A model generated the notes under the pieces. The model saw only the letters and a program-made list of their open reading frames with translations. It searched no databases and had not been told where the DNA came from. Below are positions 1 to 9,486 of a stretch of DNA of 64,000 nt, in pieces. The stretch's first letter is position 1. Each line of letters opens with the position of its first letter. The DNA is taken from contig CAUPWH010000001.1 of assembly GCA_963515045.1 (NCBI GenBank), positions 127,118 through 191,117 on the forward strand. Direction: 5' to 3'. The position numbers and the translations under genes were made by a program. Origin of the DNA: an uncultured Candidatus Saccharibacteria bacterium (GTDB taxonomy: Bacteria; Patescibacteriota; Saccharimonadia; Saccharimonadales; Saccharimonadaceae).

Positions 1-215
1 ACATAGGCTTGCGGCGTCTGATTTTGGCTGGCAGCCTTGGCAGCAATTTTATTGCCGTGTTCATCCACGCCCGTCTGGAAACGCACCTCGCGACCGTTTT
101 GCCGCTGATACCGCGTCCACACATCCGCTAGCATGTAGTCCATGGCGTGCCCGATGTGCGGCAGACCGTTGACATAAGGAATAGCAGTAGTGATGTAGGC
201 GTGTTGTTTAGTCAT
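1..215 (-). CDS. metG: methionyl-tRNA synthetase, N-terminal fragment (gene runs off the left edge)
   Basis: My reverse translation from the ATG at 215-213 gives MTKQHAYITTAIPYVNGLPHIGHAMDYMLADVWTRYQRQNGREVRFQTGVDEHGNKIAAKAA. This is a class-I HIGH motif in MetRS-type context. It is absent from the ORF track because it is truncated. Confidence 0.75.
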   Translation of the reverse strand, partial: MTKQHAYITTAIPYVNGLPHIGHAMDYMLADVWTRYQRQNGREVRFQTGVDEHGNKIAAKAASQNQTPQAY

Positions 216-295
216 GATATATATTATATCACCTCTTTAGTAAAAGAAAGAGCGAGATAAATAAAATCAAAAGTCGGTCTGTTTTGCCGATAAAA

Positions 296-1789
296 CTATC
301 TATACTTAATCGCGGCGCAACCAATTATTACAAGCACAGTAGCTACAGAGAAAATAGCTGCAATGTTAGCGCCAGTATCAGCCAGCTTGAATTTTAATTG
401 CGAATTTCTATTTGAGCCGCTGCTCGCTGCGATATAATCGGGGTTCTTATTCCATTTCGCATAAAGCGTCAAATCGTGATCTGGCATGGTGTCGTTTGTA
501 AAGTTCCAGCTTGTTGCAAACGTAGTGTCCGTATACCAGCCGGCAAAAGTGTAGCCAGAGCGGGTCGGGGCGACCGGCGGTCTGAAAGGATACGTATAGC
601 CTACCATCTTATTTGGAACGGCAGAACCAGACTGCGAATCAAACGTCACTGTGTGTTTTGTACATAACTTTCTATCACTGGTAATTACCCAGCCGTGTCC
701 GCCGTCAGCAATAGACTTCAAGATATTAGCTCGCGCCGAAGCAGCTGCACAAAATTTCAAACCAGCCGCACCAAGCGACACTGGCGATTTTAGATTCTGC
801 GCATTCCAAGCAATTAGTATAGCATCGTAATTCTGGCGCGAAATCGCTGTATGATCAAGCGCGGCCGCCGCACCAGACAACGGTTTTCCCGGCAAAATAA
901 CCAACGAATCCAATCGCCAAGCAGCTAGCGATTGATTGAACGAAGTTGCATCGCTTAAAAAACGAACAAGAAACTGCACTTTCTTCATATCCCACGAGCC
1001 AATCGGCTGGTTGAACGACGCCGCCTTTCGGAACATATCATTTGCAATCACGAGGTTCGACGTATTCCAATTCGCAATAGAATCGCTACCTCCGTTATTG
1101 AAAGCGCTGGCGCCATTAAACATAGCAGCGGTATCAGTCACCTTTGAAACATCCCAAGAACCAATATTTTGATTAAACTGGTTTGCATTTTGAAAGACGC
1201 CCGGCATTTTGGTAATAGTTGATGTATTCCAATTCCAGTTAGCAGACTCGCCTTTCAGCGATTTATTTCCAACAAACATCCATGATAAATCAGTGGCTTG
1301 GCTTAAATCTGGTGTATCAGTTGCCCTGACGTCCATATTCTCCGCGCCGGCAAAGGCAGAACGCATATTCTTCCACTTGTTCGTACCCCATTGATCAATC
1401 GAAAGCAGTTTTAACCTATCACCCCTACCATTTATGATAAACCAAGGGAAAGCGCCGCCAATGCGTATAGTGTAGACCCCCGGCGTAGCGTAATTACAAG
1501 TATAAGAGGCAGTCTGCCCAGATACCTCAGTTACACCGTCATTATTGCAGTCAACAGTATAATTGTACCCTGAACCGCTTGTCGGAATAACAAACTGAGT
1601 GTTTGGCGACCCCGGCTTTCTGGTATCAACAGTAAATACGAAGTCCGTGTTGTTGATAACGTCAGCTGCGGCTTTTGGCGAATAGAGTGTTGATGCAACA
1701 AGCACCGACAAGACACCAGACACTAAAATCAGCGACCTTAATGGCAGCTTAAATTTCTGTATTTTCGTTACTCTAAAATGTTTATTCAT
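296..1789 (-). CDS. cell-surface protein: signal peptide, DUF285/BspA-type ~26-residue repeats, Listeria-Bacteroides repeat domain, LAXTG-type sorting signal
   Basis: N-terminal hydrophobic signal. Repeats of the form F..A..FNQ.IGSWDVS.V..M..MF. C-terminal TVTFDSQSGS...GYTFAGWYTD...LYAKW (Flg_new-like). Ends in LADTG plus a hydrophobic stretch plus KYR. Confidence 0.75.
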   Translation of the reverse strand: MNKHFRVTKIQKFKLPLRSLILVSGVLSVLVASTLYSPKAAADVINNTDFVFTVDTRKPGSPNTQFVIPTSGSGYNYTVDCNNDGVTEVSGQTASYTCNYATPGVYTIRIGGAFPWFIINGRGDRLKLLSIDQWGTNKWKNMRSAFAGAENMDVRATDTPDLSQATDLSWMFVGNKSLKGESANWNWNTSTITKMPGVFQNANQFNQNIGSWDVSKVTDTAAMFNGASAFNNGGSDSIANWNTSNLVIANDMFRKAASFNQPIGSWDMKKVQFLVRFLSDATSFNQSLAAWRLDSLVILPGKPLSGAAAALDHTAISRQNYDAILIAWNAQNLKSPVSLGAAGLKFCAAASARANILKSIADGGHGWVITSDRKLCTKHTVTFDSQSGSAVPNKMVGYTYPFRPPVAPTRSGYTFAGWYTDTTFATSWNFTNDTMPDHDLTLYAKWNKNPDYIAASSGSNRNSQLKFKLADTGANIAAIFSVATVLVIIGCAAIKYR

Positions 1790-1981
1790 GATGATTATTA
1801 TTATTGTACTTATGCTTTAGCTTTTTGACAATAGATTTTACGGATCGTTCAGCAAACAACAGATCGCGCATCAAGACGAAAGTTGCAAAAAAGTCAATAG
1901 AGCATCAATAAACTAATTACCAAATCAGCATATCTCTAACTAAACATAAATGCCATCTACCCTCATGTTATAGCCAACAAA

Positions 1982-3493
1982 TTAAATTCGTTTTATTAAT
2001 TTAATTAGAATAAATCCAGTCACTATAAATCCAGCAGTCGCAAAAAGAAGCATTGACACATCCGAGCCAGTCTCGGCCAGCTTGGTCGATGAGCTTGAAT
2101 TGTTTTCCGAAGCACCACTGCTTGTTGCAACAGACTTAGGATTCTCGATCCACTTTGCATATAAAGTCAAATTACTGTCTGGCATGGTATCGACAGCAAA
2201 GTTCCAGGCTCTTGCAAAAGTGTTATCCGTATACCACCCAGCAAAAGTATAACCCTGCCGGTTTGGCACAGCTGGCGCAGTAATTTTATCAGTAAAAGCA
2301 ACTTCTTGGCTGGCAATTGCCATTCCGCCCTGGGTATCAAAAACTACGGTATGCTTCGGACACTCCTTTGCATCGCCATTGATGGTCCAGCCATGCCCGC
2401 CGTCGGCGACTGGCTTGATTAGATTTTTTCTAGCCGCATCAGCAGTGCAATATTTCAACCCGGCGGCTCCTAGTATAAGCGGAGAGTTAGTTGATTGAAT
2501 ATTCCAAGATATCAAAGTAGCATCATAATTTTTCATAGACAAGCCGCTATTATCCAACATTCTAGGAGCACCAGACCAATAGCTGTTGGGCAAACCAGTT
2601 GTCGAAACTAACGAATCTAGCCGCCAGCCCGCCAAAGATTGATTAAAAGCGCGAGCACCGTTAAACATTTCACTCATCAACTCGGCTTTCGAAACATCCC
2701 ACGACCCTATCGGCTGATTAAACTTAACTGCGTTTTGAAACATTGCATTCATTGCAGTCATTTTGCCAGTGTTCCAGTTTTTAATTGAATCGCTGCCGCC
2801 ATTATTGAATGCTGTCGCATTATTAAATAAACCGCCAGCAAAAACAACGTTAGACACATCCCACGACCCGATGTTTTGATTGAAATTTTCAGTATCGCTA
2901 AACGCACTACCCATATTAGTAATGGTCGAGGTGTTCCAATTCCAGTTAGCATTCTCACCCTTGAGAGAAGTGTTGCCTCTAAAGACAGAGTATATCGAGT
3001 CAGTCTGCGACAAATCGGGAGTGTCAATCGCCTTTACGTCCATATTTGCAGCACCGTAAAACGAAGCCACCAACGATCTCCATTTATTCTTCCCCCACTG
3101 ATCAATAGAAATCATCTTCAGTTTATCGCCGCTGTTATTGAGATAAAACTCTGGAAACACACCTCCGATACGAATCGTATATACGCCAGGCGTAGCGTAG
3201 CTGCAAGTATAAGATCCGGTCTGAGCGGTTGCTTCGACCGTACCATCATTATTGCAATCAATAGTATAATTATATCCGTTTCCCCTCGTCGGAATAACAA
3301 ATCGGGTGTCCGACGACCCTGGCTTACGGGTATCAACGGTAAACACAAAATCTGTGTCATTGATGGCGTCGGCGGCAGCTTTTGGCGGATAAAATATCGG
3401 ACCAGAAAACGCTGCCAACGCACCTATTGTCACAGCTAACGCCTTGATGGCCAATCCAAATTTTAGCCTTTTTGTTTTCCAACATCTATTCAT
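1982..3493 (-). CDS. paralogous DUF285/BspA-type repeat surface protein with LAXTG-type sorting signal
   Basis: Same architecture as 296-1789 with a closely similar N-terminal region (DTDFVFTVDTRKPGS...GVYTIRIGG). Ends in LAETG plus a hydrophobic stretch plus KRI. Confidence 0.75.
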   Translation of the reverse strand: MNRCWKTKRLKFGLAIKALAVTIGALAAFSGPIFYPPKAAADAINDTDFVFTVDTRKPGSSDTRFVIPTRGNGYNYTIDCNNDGTVEATAQTGSYTCSYATPGVYTIRIGGVFPEFYLNNSGDKLKMISIDQWGKNKWRSLVASFYGAANMDVKAIDTPDLSQTDSIYSVFRGNTSLKGENANWNWNTSTITNMGSAFSDTENFNQNIGSWDVSNVVFAGGLFNNATAFNNGGSDSIKNWNTGKMTAMNAMFQNAVKFNQPIGSWDVSKAELMSEMFNGARAFNQSLAGWRLDSLVSTTGLPNSYWSGAPRMLDNSGLSMKNYDATLISWNIQSTNSPLILGAAGLKYCTADAARKNLIKPVADGGHGWTINGDAKECPKHTVVFDTQGGMAIASQEVAFTDKITAPAVPNRQGYTFAGWYTDNTFARAWNFAVDTMPDSNLTLYAKWIENPKSVATSSGASENNSSSSTKLAETGSDVSMLLFATAGFIVTGFILIKLIKRI

Positions 3494-3582
3494 TTAGTAC
3501 CATTATACTTATACTTTATTTTTTTAGCAATATACTAATGATAATCAAGATAACACACAACATTGCCATGACGTTTTGGAGC

Positions 3583-4329
3583 TTATTTAGTAGATTTTAT
3601 CTCTGCTAGCACTGCGAATCTTCCCCCTGCATCACCAGCGGAATGTGAGAAATAATTTGGATCATCCGCCGTATCAATTGGCGAAATGACAATATTATTA
3701 GCCGGAACGCCCGCCTGGACGGCTAACGAACGATTGAATCCTTGCATGTCCAGGTAAATTCCGTCAGCCGTTTGACGGCAGAAATTGTGCCAATTCGTAT
3801 CATTTGTATGATTGAAATAATCCATACGATAGTTTTTCTGCGTGATGCTTGGCGACATCCAAATTTGTAAATCTTTTGCCTGACTACCGCGCTCGACGAA
3901 ATACCGGATCGCCCTTGTCATCAACTGCGCCACCGTCGAATGCCGACCCAAATGCGCCAGCATAAGCGCCCGGCGTTTTGGATCATAGATGACGGTGGCG
4001 ATACAGTCCGCCACTGGCAAGAACAAACCTACACCAGCCATTTCGGTATATAGCGCGTCAGCAAAAATCCCCTCGTTGTTGTGTTTAACCGTGTCAGCTT
4101 CAGTGACTTCGGCAATATTATCAAAAGTTTGCGCTCGATCATATGAAATCACGTGATAAACAACGTCGTCATACTTAACGCCAATTTGATCGCAAAACCG
4201 ATGCCGATTCTCCAATACCTCAGCCACGTGGCGACCGCGAATACGATTGAGCATAGTGCCGTCGTCTTTCGACGAAACCGCAATGAGCAGTTCAGGCGGA
4301 AAATAGGTTGGCTGGTCTGTCCTAATCAT
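3583..4329 (-). CDS. pgeF: YfiH/PgeF (DUF152, Cu-oxidase_4) family protein
   Basis: LPVADCIATVIYD...LAHLGRHST and C-terminal FSHSAGD..GRF match the conserved Cys/His pattern of the family. Confidence 0.65.
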   Translation of the reverse strand: MIRTDQPTYFPPELLIAVSSKDDGTMLNRIRGRHVAEVLENRHRFCDQIGVKYDDVVYHVISYDRAQTFDNIAEVTEADTVKHNNEGIFADALYTEMAGVGLFLPVADCIATVIYDPKRRALMLAHLGRHSTVAQLMTRAIRYFVERGSQAKDLQIWMSPSITQKNYRMDYFNHTNDTNWHNFCRQTADGIYLDMQGFNRSLAVQAGVPANNIVISPIDTADDPNYFSHSAGDAGGRFAVLAEIKSTK

Positions 4330-4332
4330 CCT

Positions 4333-4938
4333 CTACCGCTCAATTCCATATTGTCGCATCAATCGTCTATATGCATATATAATATAACAGCCATATGTAA
4401 GCGTCGCCGTTGCACCACCCGCGCCAGCCACTGCGTACAACACCATCCACGGTTCGTTTGTAAAACATCCTAAGTAGATAGCCACTACAGCAGCAAAAAT
4501 TGGCACTGGCGCTACGAAATAATCAATTTTGCGACTCATGATTTTCGCTTGCGGCACAAAATGAAAACCAATTAGCAGTGTCACCATCGGCATGATAAAT
4601 TTTGCCTGCCCAATGACAGCCAATATGATGCCCAGCAGCCAAATCGTGCTATATGTAATACCGCTCAAAATACCCATGGTCCGGACGATTCGCTGCCCCT
4701 CAGCTGTCTGTACTATGGGAAACTGTTTAGCGTGACAGACATTCCTCACGCTAAGCACAACTATAATCAACGCCGCTACGCATACTATCCCGAGCAGCGT
4801 CCAGCCAGCCCAGCCCCAGGCAAGCCCAAAGCACGCGGCATAAACCAGCGCAAAGATCGCCATCATAACGCCGTATGGCGCAATATTCTGCGCAATTGTA
4901 CCAAATTGCGTCGCATTAGTATTAGTTTGATTACTCAT
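4333..4938 (-). CDS. polytopic membrane protein, unknown function
   Basis: Several long hydrophobic segments. I start it at MSNQTN (ATG 4938). The longer ORF to 5025 would overlap rsmA by about 95 nt. Confidence 0.55.
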   Translation of the reverse strand: MSNQTNTNATQFGTIAQNIAPYGVMMAIFALVYAACFGLAWGWAGWTLLGIVCVAALIIVVLSVRNVCHAKQFPIVQTAEGQRIVRTMGILSGITYSTIWLLGIILAVIGQAKFIMPMVTLLIGFHFVPQAKIMSRKIDYFVAPVPIFAAVVAIYLGCFTNEPWMVLYAVAGAGGATATLTYGCYIIYAYRRLMRQYGIER

Positions 4939-5746
4939 TGTATTTCCCCTCGTTGTGTTTAATATTTTTCTGAACCGCCAGCAGCCGCTGCCAATCGTCA
5001 ATCGCCAAATCCTCAGCACGGACATCAGGCGAAATGTTAGCCTTTTTCAGCAACTGTTCGGCGCTAGCTTTACTGACGCCCAGTCCGCCGCTCAAACTGG
5101 AGCGCAGTTTTTTACGCTTGGCCGAAAAACCAGCTTTGACGACACGGAAAAAATCTTTTTGATCTTCAGCGGCGACCAATGGTTCAGTACGGATTCTTAG
5201 CACCACTACTTGCGAATCAACTTTTGGCGGCGGCGTGAAGAATTGCCGCGGTACTTCAATATCGAGTTCCGCTTCGGCAAAAGCCTGAACACTAACCGCT
5301 AAAATGCTCATTTCACCAGGCTCGGCCGCGATACGCTCAGCAACTTCTTTTTGCACCAGCAGCACCGCTAAGCTCGGCTTATTCTCCGCCGTCATCAGCT
5401 TTTCAACAATTTTGCTCGTGATATAGTACGGCACGTTGGCGACCACTTTATAACCAGCAGGCAACTGATTCAAATCAAATTGCAAAATATCTTCATTGAT
5501 CACTTCCAGGTTTTTACCAGGAAACTGCCCCGGCAATTTGCGCGCCAAATCCCTGTCAAATTCTACCGCCACCACGCGCTGAGCTCGTGCCAACAACCGG
5601 CTGGTCAAGGTGCCAAGTCCCGGCCCAATCTCCAAAACCACATCATCTTTACTCAGCTCCGCCGCCTCAGCTATCTCCGCCAAGATTTCTGGGTCGCGCA
5701 GCCAATGCTGGCCTAACTCTTTTTTCGGTCCATGCGCTGACGCCAT
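4931..5746 (-). CDS. rsmA: 16S rRNA (adenine1518/1519-N6)-dimethyltransferase
   Basis: LGQHWL, VLEIGPGLGTLT SAM motif, NVPYYITS. Typical KsgA/RsmA length. Confidence 0.9.
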   Translation of the reverse strand: MASAHGPKKELGQHWLRDPEILAEIAEAAELSKDDVVLEIGPGLGTLTSRLLARAQRVVAVEFDRDLARKLPGQFPGKNLEVINEDILQFDLNQLPAGYKVVANVPYYITSKIVEKLMTAENKPSLAVLLVQKEVAERIAAEPGEMSILAVSVQAFAEAELDIEVPRQFFTPPPKVDSQVVVLRIRTEPLVAAEDQKDFFRVVKAGFSAKRKKLRSSLSGGLGVSKASAEQLLKKANISPDVRAEDLAIDDWQRLLAVQKNIKHNEGKYNE

Positions 5747-6787
5747 CTAGCGACCATCTCCGTTTGTCCAATCAGTCGCCAGGTCAAATCCATGCGGATG
5801 CCGCGCCGCAAAACCGCCGGTGTCATACACCTTTCCAGGGCCCATACTAGTTTCCACCACCGAGCAGCGCGGATAATTCCCATAATTTGCCGCCACTAAA
5901 ATATAGCCGTCCTTGTCCACCTTGGCGCCGTCCGCCCGCACCGTGTAGCCACCACCGCCGCAGGCGTTAGCAACAATATTCATCGGCAGGTCGTAGTAGG
6001 TTTCGCGGTGCGCCACGCCTTTGGAATCAGTAAATATTTGCGCACCTTTGCCTTTAGTCAATGGATTTTTCGGCTTAGTACCGACTACTTCGATCTGCTT
6101 TTTAGGCTGCTTAATAATTTCATGAGAAACCTCTCTGCGGCTGATCTCAATCCCGTTATTAGTCTCAACTTTATACGTCACTTTTTTAATTCCTTTTTCG
6201 CCCAGCTGTTTAATCTGCTTAAAGCCAATCGGCTGTGTATCGTCTTTCGTTTGCTCAACCAGAAAAGCAATCTCCACGTCCTCGGTTATCGTCCGCCGCT
6301 TGGCTCGTTCAATTTTCATCGCTAGGCTGGCGCCGCTAACCAGCAAATTTTCTGGATTAGAAAAATCAATCTTATCCTCACGATACAGTATAATACCCGC
6401 TTTTTTAGCAATTCTGATCGGTGACTGTTCGGCGGTAATTACTTGACGGCTTTTCGTGCCGTCGATAACCGTCACCATCCGAGCACGATGAATATTTACC
6501 TGAAATTTCGTGCCAGTTAGTTCCATATCAATATTCGGCTCAATCACATCTCGCTTTTCGTCAACTGTAATGCCTGCCGCCTGTAAAGCCTGGCGAACTG
6601 TCAGCGCATTCGTAACAATCGTTTTTTCCGAATCTCTATCATGAATACTCACTAGACGCGTGGAAGCCCCGGCTTTCTCTGCACTTTCAGCTTTTACTAT
6701 ACGATTAAATAAAAATCCGCCAGATATAATAACTCCGATTGCTACAATCGCGCCGAAAAAATAATTACAACGTCTTTTTATTGCCAT
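5747..6787 (-). CDS. DUF348-G5-3D domain cell-wall protein (YabE-like)
   Basis: N-terminal TM, DUF348-like repeats, G5 region (EVSHEIIKQPKKQIEVVGTK), C-terminal 3D/RlpA-like barrel-type sequence. Confidence 0.65.
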   Translation of the reverse strand: MAIKRRCNYFFGAIVAIGVIISGGFLFNRIVKAESAEKAGASTRLVSIHDRDSEKTIVTNALTVRQALQAAGITVDEKRDVIEPNIDMELTGTKFQVNIHRARMVTVIDGTKSRQVITAEQSPIRIAKKAGIILYREDKIDFSNPENLLVSGASLAMKIERAKRRTITEDVEIAFLVEQTKDDTQPIGFKQIKQLGEKGIKKVTYKVETNNGIEISRREVSHEIIKQPKKQIEVVGTKPKNPLTKGKGAQIFTDSKGVAHRETYYDLPMNIVANACGGGGYTVRADGAKVDKDGYILVAANYGNYPRCSVVETSMGPGKVYDTGGFAARHPHGFDLATDWTNGDGR

Positions 6788-6877
6788 ATTATCGACAACT
6801 CCACGACCTATATTATAGATTAACCACGCTTAAAAATCCAGCGACCCATAGATAGAACCCATTACACCAGAAACCTG

Positions 6878-8500
6878 TTAAATCACCCGATTCACTTCTT
6901 CCAGCGTCGTTTCACCGCGCAGCGCTGTCAATACCCCCGCCTGCAGTAGTGTCACCATGCCGTTCTTCTTCGCTTCCGCCTCGATAGCTTCAGTATGAAT
7001 ATCAACCACGTCGCCGCGTAAAAAGCTTTGGATGTTTTCTGTTACCACCAGCTGCTCCATTACCGGAATACGCCCCTTATAGCCAAACGGCACGTCGGGA
7101 GTTGGTACTGGTCTCCATAACTTGAATGTATCCAGATCCGGACAGTCAACATTCTCCGGCAAATCTGCCAAAACCTTTTTTACCCATTTACGCGTAGCTT
7201 CATCCGGCTCGTACTCTTCCTTGCTCTCGTCCCAAAGTTTACGCACCAACCGCTGAGCAATTAATAATCGTACCGCCGAACTAAAAATAGGGTTTTGCCC
7301 AATCATGTCAATGATACGGCTGAACGCCGCCGCAGTTGAGTTGGCGTGGAAGCTGGAAAGCACCAAGTGCCCGGTAATCGATGCCTGGATAGCTGTCCGC
7401 GCAGTCTCCTGATCGCGAATCTCACCAACCATCACCACATCCGGGTCAAGGCGCAAAACACTGCGTAAACCGTCAGCAAACCGCTGCCCGGCAGTCGTAT
7501 CAATCGGAATCTGCGTAATCCCCGGAATTGTGTTTTCCACCGGATCTTCCAGCGTAATAATCTTCCGGTCTGAAGTATTCAACGCATTCAAAATACTATA
7601 CAGCGTCGTCGACTTTCCCGAGCCAGTCGGTCCAACCATCAACAGCATGCCGCGCGGATGCGAAATAATTTCATCAATCTGCTCGCGTTCTTCCTTGGAA
7701 ATACTTAAAAGATCCAAATTTAGCATTGATGTATCAAAGTTAAACAAACGCAGCACTAAATCCATTCCGTAAATCGTCGGCACTGCCTCAACGCGCAGAT
7801 TTAGCAAATGAGACGCGCCATCGCGATGAATTACCTGCTGCATGTGGCCAGACTGAGGCTCGGTGGCTGCCGTGGAAATATTAGCGTGAGACGCCAGCGT
7901 TGCCATAATCACCCGGTAGCGATCACGGCTTAGTTCTGCCACCGTGTGCAAAGCGCCATCAACGCGCATTCGCACCCGAATTGATTCGCGCTGGTTCTCA
8001 ATATGAATATCGGACGCGCCTAGTTTATCAGCCTGGTCAATCAAATAATTGAAGACATCGTTCGTACCGACTGTCGCTAAAATCTGCGTCACCTGAGCTA
8101 ACGTGTCACTGTCGCCTTCTTTAGCAATTTCGATATCATCGTAAATTATCTTTTTCGGCGGATCAAACCGCAGCATAATCGACCGGAAGGCCGAGCCGGA
8201 AATTAAAGAGAAAAAAATCCGCCGGCCTTCGTCGGTATATTCCCTGGTCATCTGCGCCATTAAAGATTGCGGCGTTTGCGATGTTACTGCAAACCGGTAC
8301 GACTGATCTTCTTCATTGAATGACAATGGTACGATGCGGCCTTCGTACATTTCGTCAATTGTCAGGATATCCCGCAATAACGGCATAGTACTCTCAAACT
8401 CGCGGCCATCCAAATAAGGCAAACCTAAAATCGACGCCCGATGGCGTGTTGCGTCCTCGTCTTGGTCGCGGCGGCGCGCTTGGATCTTTTCCTCGTCCAT
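6878..8500 (-). CDS. pilB: type IV pilus assembly ATPase (GspE/PilB family)
   Basis: Walker A GPTGSGKSTT, Asp box/Walker B LEDPVE...DPDVVMVGEIRD, His box region. Size is typical of PilB. Confidence 0.85.
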   Translation of the reverse strand: MDEEKIQARRRDQDEDATRHRASILGLPYLDGREFESTMPLLRDILTIDEMYEGRIVPLSFNEEDQSYRFAVTSQTPQSLMAQMTREYTDEGRRIFFSLISGSAFRSIMLRFDPPKKIIYDDIEIAKEGDSDTLAQVTQILATVGTNDVFNYLIDQADKLGASDIHIENQRESIRVRMRVDGALHTVAELSRDRYRVIMATLASHANISTAATEPQSGHMQQVIHRDGASHLLNLRVEAVPTIYGMDLVLRLFNFDTSMLNLDLLSISKEEREQIDEIISHPRGMLLMVGPTGSGKSTTLYSILNALNTSDRKIITLEDPVENTIPGITQIPIDTTAGQRFADGLRSVLRLDPDVVMVGEIRDQETARTAIQASITGHLVLSSFHANSTAAAFSRIIDMIGQNPIFSSAVRLLIAQRLVRKLWDESKEEYEPDEATRKWVKKVLADLPENVDCPDLDTFKLWRPVPTPDVPFGYKGRIPVMEQLVVTENIQSFLRGDVVDIHTEAIEAEAKKNGMVTLLQAGVLTALRGETTLEEVNRVI

Positions 8501-8507
8501 GAGAAAA

Positions 8508-8513
8508 ATTATA
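8508..8513 (-). promoter_or_regulatory. -10 box TATAAT 7 nt upstream of the pilB ATG (apparent leaderless promoter)
   Basis: The reverse complement of 8501-8515 reads GCTATAATTTTTCTC, followed directly by ATG. No Shine-Dalgarno is possible in that space. Confidence 0.5.
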
Positions 8514-8540
8514 GCAAAAAGCTTACGTTTTGGCGAATGC

Positions 8541-8546
8541 TATAAT
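8541..8546 (+). promoter_or_regulatory. extended -10 (TGcTATAAT) 6 nt upstream of the trmH-family ATG (apparent leaderless promoter)
   Basis: The sequence is tgcTATAATgagagcATG at 8538-8555. Confidence 0.5.
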
Positions 8547-8552
8547 GAGAGC

Positions 8553-9107
8553 ATGAAACCGGAGATAACGCTACTACTACACAATATTCGCTCTACATAT
8601 AATGTCGGGGCAATCTTCCGTACCGCCGAGGGGTTTGGCGTGAAAAAAATTATTCTCAGCGGCTATACGCCGTACCCGGACTTGAGCTTAAACCGTGAGG
8701 CGCCGAGTTGCGCGTACATAGAAGGCGAAGTCTGCCAAAATGATCCGCGCCTGCCGCATATCCGACAGAAAATTACCCAGCAAATTCATAAAACCGCACT
8801 GGGAGCCGAAAGTTTAGTGCCATTTGTATTTTACGAGGATATTACTGACTGGCTGGAAGATAACGATCAGCATGAGAACCTGCCAGTTATAGCCTTAGAG
8901 CAGTCAACTCGCAGTACCATGCTGCCAGATTTTCGCCCGCCAGAAAAGTTCGCACTGCTGCTGGGCGAGGAAGTTCACGGAATTACGCCTGAGCTTTTAG
9001 AACAATGCCAGCATATCGTGGAAATACCCATGTTCGGACAAAAAGAATCTTTCAATGTGTCGGTGGCAGCGGGAATTGCGCTGTATGGACTGACGATCAG
9101 AAAATAG
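8553..9107 (+). CDS. TrmH/SpoU family RNA 2'-O-methyltransferase
   Basis: SpoU motifs NVGAIFRTAEGFG, LLLGEEVHGI and IPMFGQKESFNVSVAAGIALY. Start chosen at MKPE (8553) because of the adjacent -10 box. Confidence 0.8.
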   Translation: MKPEITLLLHNIRSTYNVGAIFRTAEGFGVKKIILSGYTPYPDLSLNREAPSCAYIEGEVCQNDPRLPHIRQKITQQIHKTALGAESLVPFVFYEDITDWLEDNDQHENLPVIALEQSTRSTMLPDFRPPEKFALLLGEEVHGITPELLEQCQHIVEIPMFGQKESFNVSVAAGIALYGLTIRK

Positions 9108-9177
9108 CATTATTTTTTTATAAAAAATAATAACAGAGGTGACGATGTATATTATGACACATTTTCTGAAAAATGTG

Positions 9178-9206
9178 TTGACATTTCTGCTTCAGTATGA
9201 TATATA
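9178..9206 (+). promoter_or_regulatory. sigma70-like promoter (TTGACA-17 nt-TATATA) with no annotated gene downstream
   Basis: TTGACA at 9178-9183, a 17-nt spacer, then TATATA at 9201-9206. It lies in the gap between the convergent 3' ends of trmH and dnaE. Confidence 0.4.
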
Positions 9207-9486
9207 TATCAGCTTTTGCTCAGGCTACGGTCTTAGGGCAAAAGTTGCCCTTTAGCTTGAGCGAGCTTCTCTTAGGAAGGAGAGGAACAGTGTATACAAT
9301 CACACATGTCGCAAACATGGTACTCATACGCAAGAGCGTCGTACTATTCAAGAGCAGAGGTTACGCCTACGGAGTGATCTATCGTGAAGTCTGGAAGGAG
9401 GATGAGAATAGCACTTGGGCTCGGAACATGAGTTGCGAGTATCGTGGGGTCTGTTTCAGGGTCCCAGAGGACGAGCTCTAAGGGCG

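Noticed and set aside
2876-3439. Long antisense ORFs opposite strong genes (also 21858-22340, 23554-24081, 46938-47432, 59820-60491, 10082-10915, 36651-37043)
   Set aside because: These are shadow ORFs on the strand opposite well-supported conserved genes. Their composition is low-complexity or Arg/Ser-rich and they have no motifs.
4939-5025. Upstream extension of the membrane-protein ORF (MSVLRIWRLTIG...)
   Set aside because: It would overlap rsmA by ~95 nt in another frame, and the extension is non-hydrophobic and Arg/Trp-rich. The internal ATG at 4938 gives only an 8-nt overlap.
9197-9481. 94-aa ORF from the six-frame track in the trmH-dnaE gap
   Set aside because: Its ATG lies inside the predicted promoter spacer, it has no recognisable family or motif, and the region is rich in local hairpins. 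It is kept only as part of the orphan-unit finding, not called as a CDS.
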